From NCBI GenBank assembly GCA_049521495.1, contig JBEKOT010000002.1, positions 36,206 to 100,205 of the forward strand: a stretch of DNA of 64,000 bases. The letters run 5' to 3'. Source of the stretch: Syntrophorhabdales bacterium (GTDB lineage Bacteria; Desulfobacterota; Syntrophorhabdia; Syntrophorhabdales; WCHB1-27). This document shows positions 63,082 to 64,000 of the stretch, in pieces. The translations under genes were made by a program, and so were the position numbers. The notes under the pieces are model-generated. The model saw nothing but the letters and a program-made list of their open reading frames with translations, was not told where the DNA came from and did not search any database. Positions within the stretch are counted from its first letter, which is position 1; the number at the start of each line of letters is the position of its first letter.

Positions 63082-64000
63082 ATGGATTATTTTCTGACGG
63101 ACGACCAAAAGGAGATCAGGAAGCTCGCGAGAAGGATCGCCCAGGAGAAGGTGATACCCGTAAGGGCCGAGCTCGACGAGACGGAGACTTTTCCTTGGGA
63201 GATCATGCGGTCTTGCGCGGAAACAGGCCTCTTCAGCGTCAGCATACCGGAAGCGTACGGCGGCCTGGGCGGCGGGGCCTTCGAGAACTGCATCGTCGTC
63301 GAGGAGTTAAGCAGGGCCTGCTTGGGAGTATCGGTGAGCTACGCGGCCAGTCTGCTGGGTTCCTACCCGATTCTCCTCGGGGGAAGCGAAGATCAGAAAA
63401 GCAAGTACCTGCCCGATATAGCCAGCGGCAGACGGCTTGCGGCCTTCGGCCTGACCGAGGCGAATGCCGGCAGCGACGCGGCGGGCATCAGGACGGAAGC
63501 ACGCCGGGCCGGGGATTACTATATCCTGAACGGCACCAAACAATGGATCACCAATGGCGGGGAGGCGGAGATATATTCGGTCATCGCCATGACCGACCGC
63601 TCCAAGGGGGGCAGGGGGGCAACGGCCTTCATTCTGGAAAAGGGGATGGAAGGTTTCTCCTTTGGGAAGAAGGAGAAGAAGCTGGGCATCAGGGCCTCGG
63701 CAACGAGGGAGCTTGTTTTTCAGGATTGCAAAGTCCCGAAGGAAAATGTTATAGGTAGGGAGGGCCTGGGGTTCATCCTTGCCATGAGAACCTTTGACCG
63801 TACCCGTCCCGGCATCGGCGCCCAGGGAGTGGGGGTTGCCCAGGGAGCCCTTGAAGCCGCGGTGGCCTATGCAAGAGAAAGGGAGCAGTTCGAGAAGAAG
63901 ATCATATCCTTCCAGGCCGTGCAGCACATGCTTGCGGATATGGCGATACAGGTGGAGGCGGCACGGGCCCTGGTTTACGCCGTTGCGCGCTATATAGACT
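63082..64000 (+). CDS. acyl-CoA dehydrogenase (short/medium-chain type), 3' end beyond window
   Basis: Not in the ORF track because no stop is reached. My translation from ATG 63082 is open to nt 64000: MDYFLTDDQKEIRKLARRIAQEKV...FGLTEANAGSDAAG...GTKQWITNGG...RTFDRTRPGIGAQ. Confidence 0.85.
   Translation, partial: MDYFLTDDQKEIRKLARRIAQEKVIPVRAELDETETFPWEIMRSCAETGLFSVSIPEAYGGLGGGAFENCIVVEELSRACLGVSVSYAASLLGSYPILLGGSEDQKSKYLPDIASGRRLAAFGLTEANAGSDAAGIRTEARRAGDYYILNGTKQWITNGGEAEIYSVIAMTDRSKGGRGATAFILEKGMEGFSFGKKEKKLGIRASATRELVFQDCKVPKENVIGREGLGFILAMRTFDRTRPGIGAQGVGVAQGALEAAVAYAREREQFEKKIISFQAVQHMLADMAIQVEAARALVYAVARYID

Noticed and set aside
1-64000. CRISPR arrays, rRNA genes and additional tRNAs
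   Set aside because: No regularly spaced 25-40 bp repeats, no rRNA-like conserved stretches and no other cloverleaf-compatible sequence were noticed on either strand. A computational scan (tRNAscan, CRISPR finders) would be needed to be certain.

Overview
This is a 64-kb bacterial chromosomal window. Gene content (HdrA/MvhD-type flavoproteins, a B12-dependent acyl-CoA mutase, a thiolase/DUF35 pair) suggests an anaerobe, but that lineage call is only a guess.

(1) 0-7.3 kb: a 5'-truncated Ser/Thr kinase, argB, and a small serine-recombinase plus excisionase-type HTH islet flanked by decayed gene remnants.

(2) 7.3-36.1 kb: a mostly plus-strand acyl-CoA catabolic supercluster. It holds MeaB, an acyl-CoA ligase, a two-subunit B12 acyl-CoA mutase, and a Liv-type ABC importer with a thiolase/DUF35 pair translationally embedded in it. 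It also holds an XRE-cupin regulator and a propionyl/acetyl-CoA synthetase. An Old-Yellow-Enzyme (OYE)-type reductase pseudogene is split by a 3952-bp IS21-family element; the insertion has an 8-bp target duplication, and removing the element restores the reading frame. The cluster continues with an intact OYE/FAD reductase paralog, ferredoxins, a VOC/epimerase, two HdrA-like flavoproteins (one fused to MvhD) and a GltD/NfnB-like protein.

(3) 36.1-56.6 kb: an accessory island ending at tRNA-Leu(UAG). It contains decayed genes and a complete type II CBASS operon (Cap4-like nuclease-SAVED, CD-NTase, Cap2, Cap3). It also has a YheU-like gene and a HEPN plus membrane-protein pair bracketed by two homologous bulged hairpins. 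A LuxI/LuxR-type locus carries a lux-box-like palindrome. A CI-like repressor and an integrase-bearing element follow, with Toprim, P-loop and Topo-VI-A-like (Mini-A-like) genes.

(4) 56.6-64 kb: a PilB/GspE-type ATPase, a FemAB-like protein, a GNAT, a methyltransferase, yceD-rpmF-plsX and a 3'-truncated acyl-CoA dehydrogenase.

Most worth a second look:
- the CBASS island and the uncharacterised HEPN/TM pair next to it;
- two hix-like 26-bp palindromes 43 kb apart, one close to the serine recombinase;
- the IS21-like element carrying ParB-like and Zn-ribbon passenger genes plus a triple direct repeat;
- the OYE-HdrA-MvhD-GltD module, a candidate electron-bifurcating acyl-CoA reductase system.

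All calls rest on reading the ORF translations and the DNA by eye. No database searches were run.
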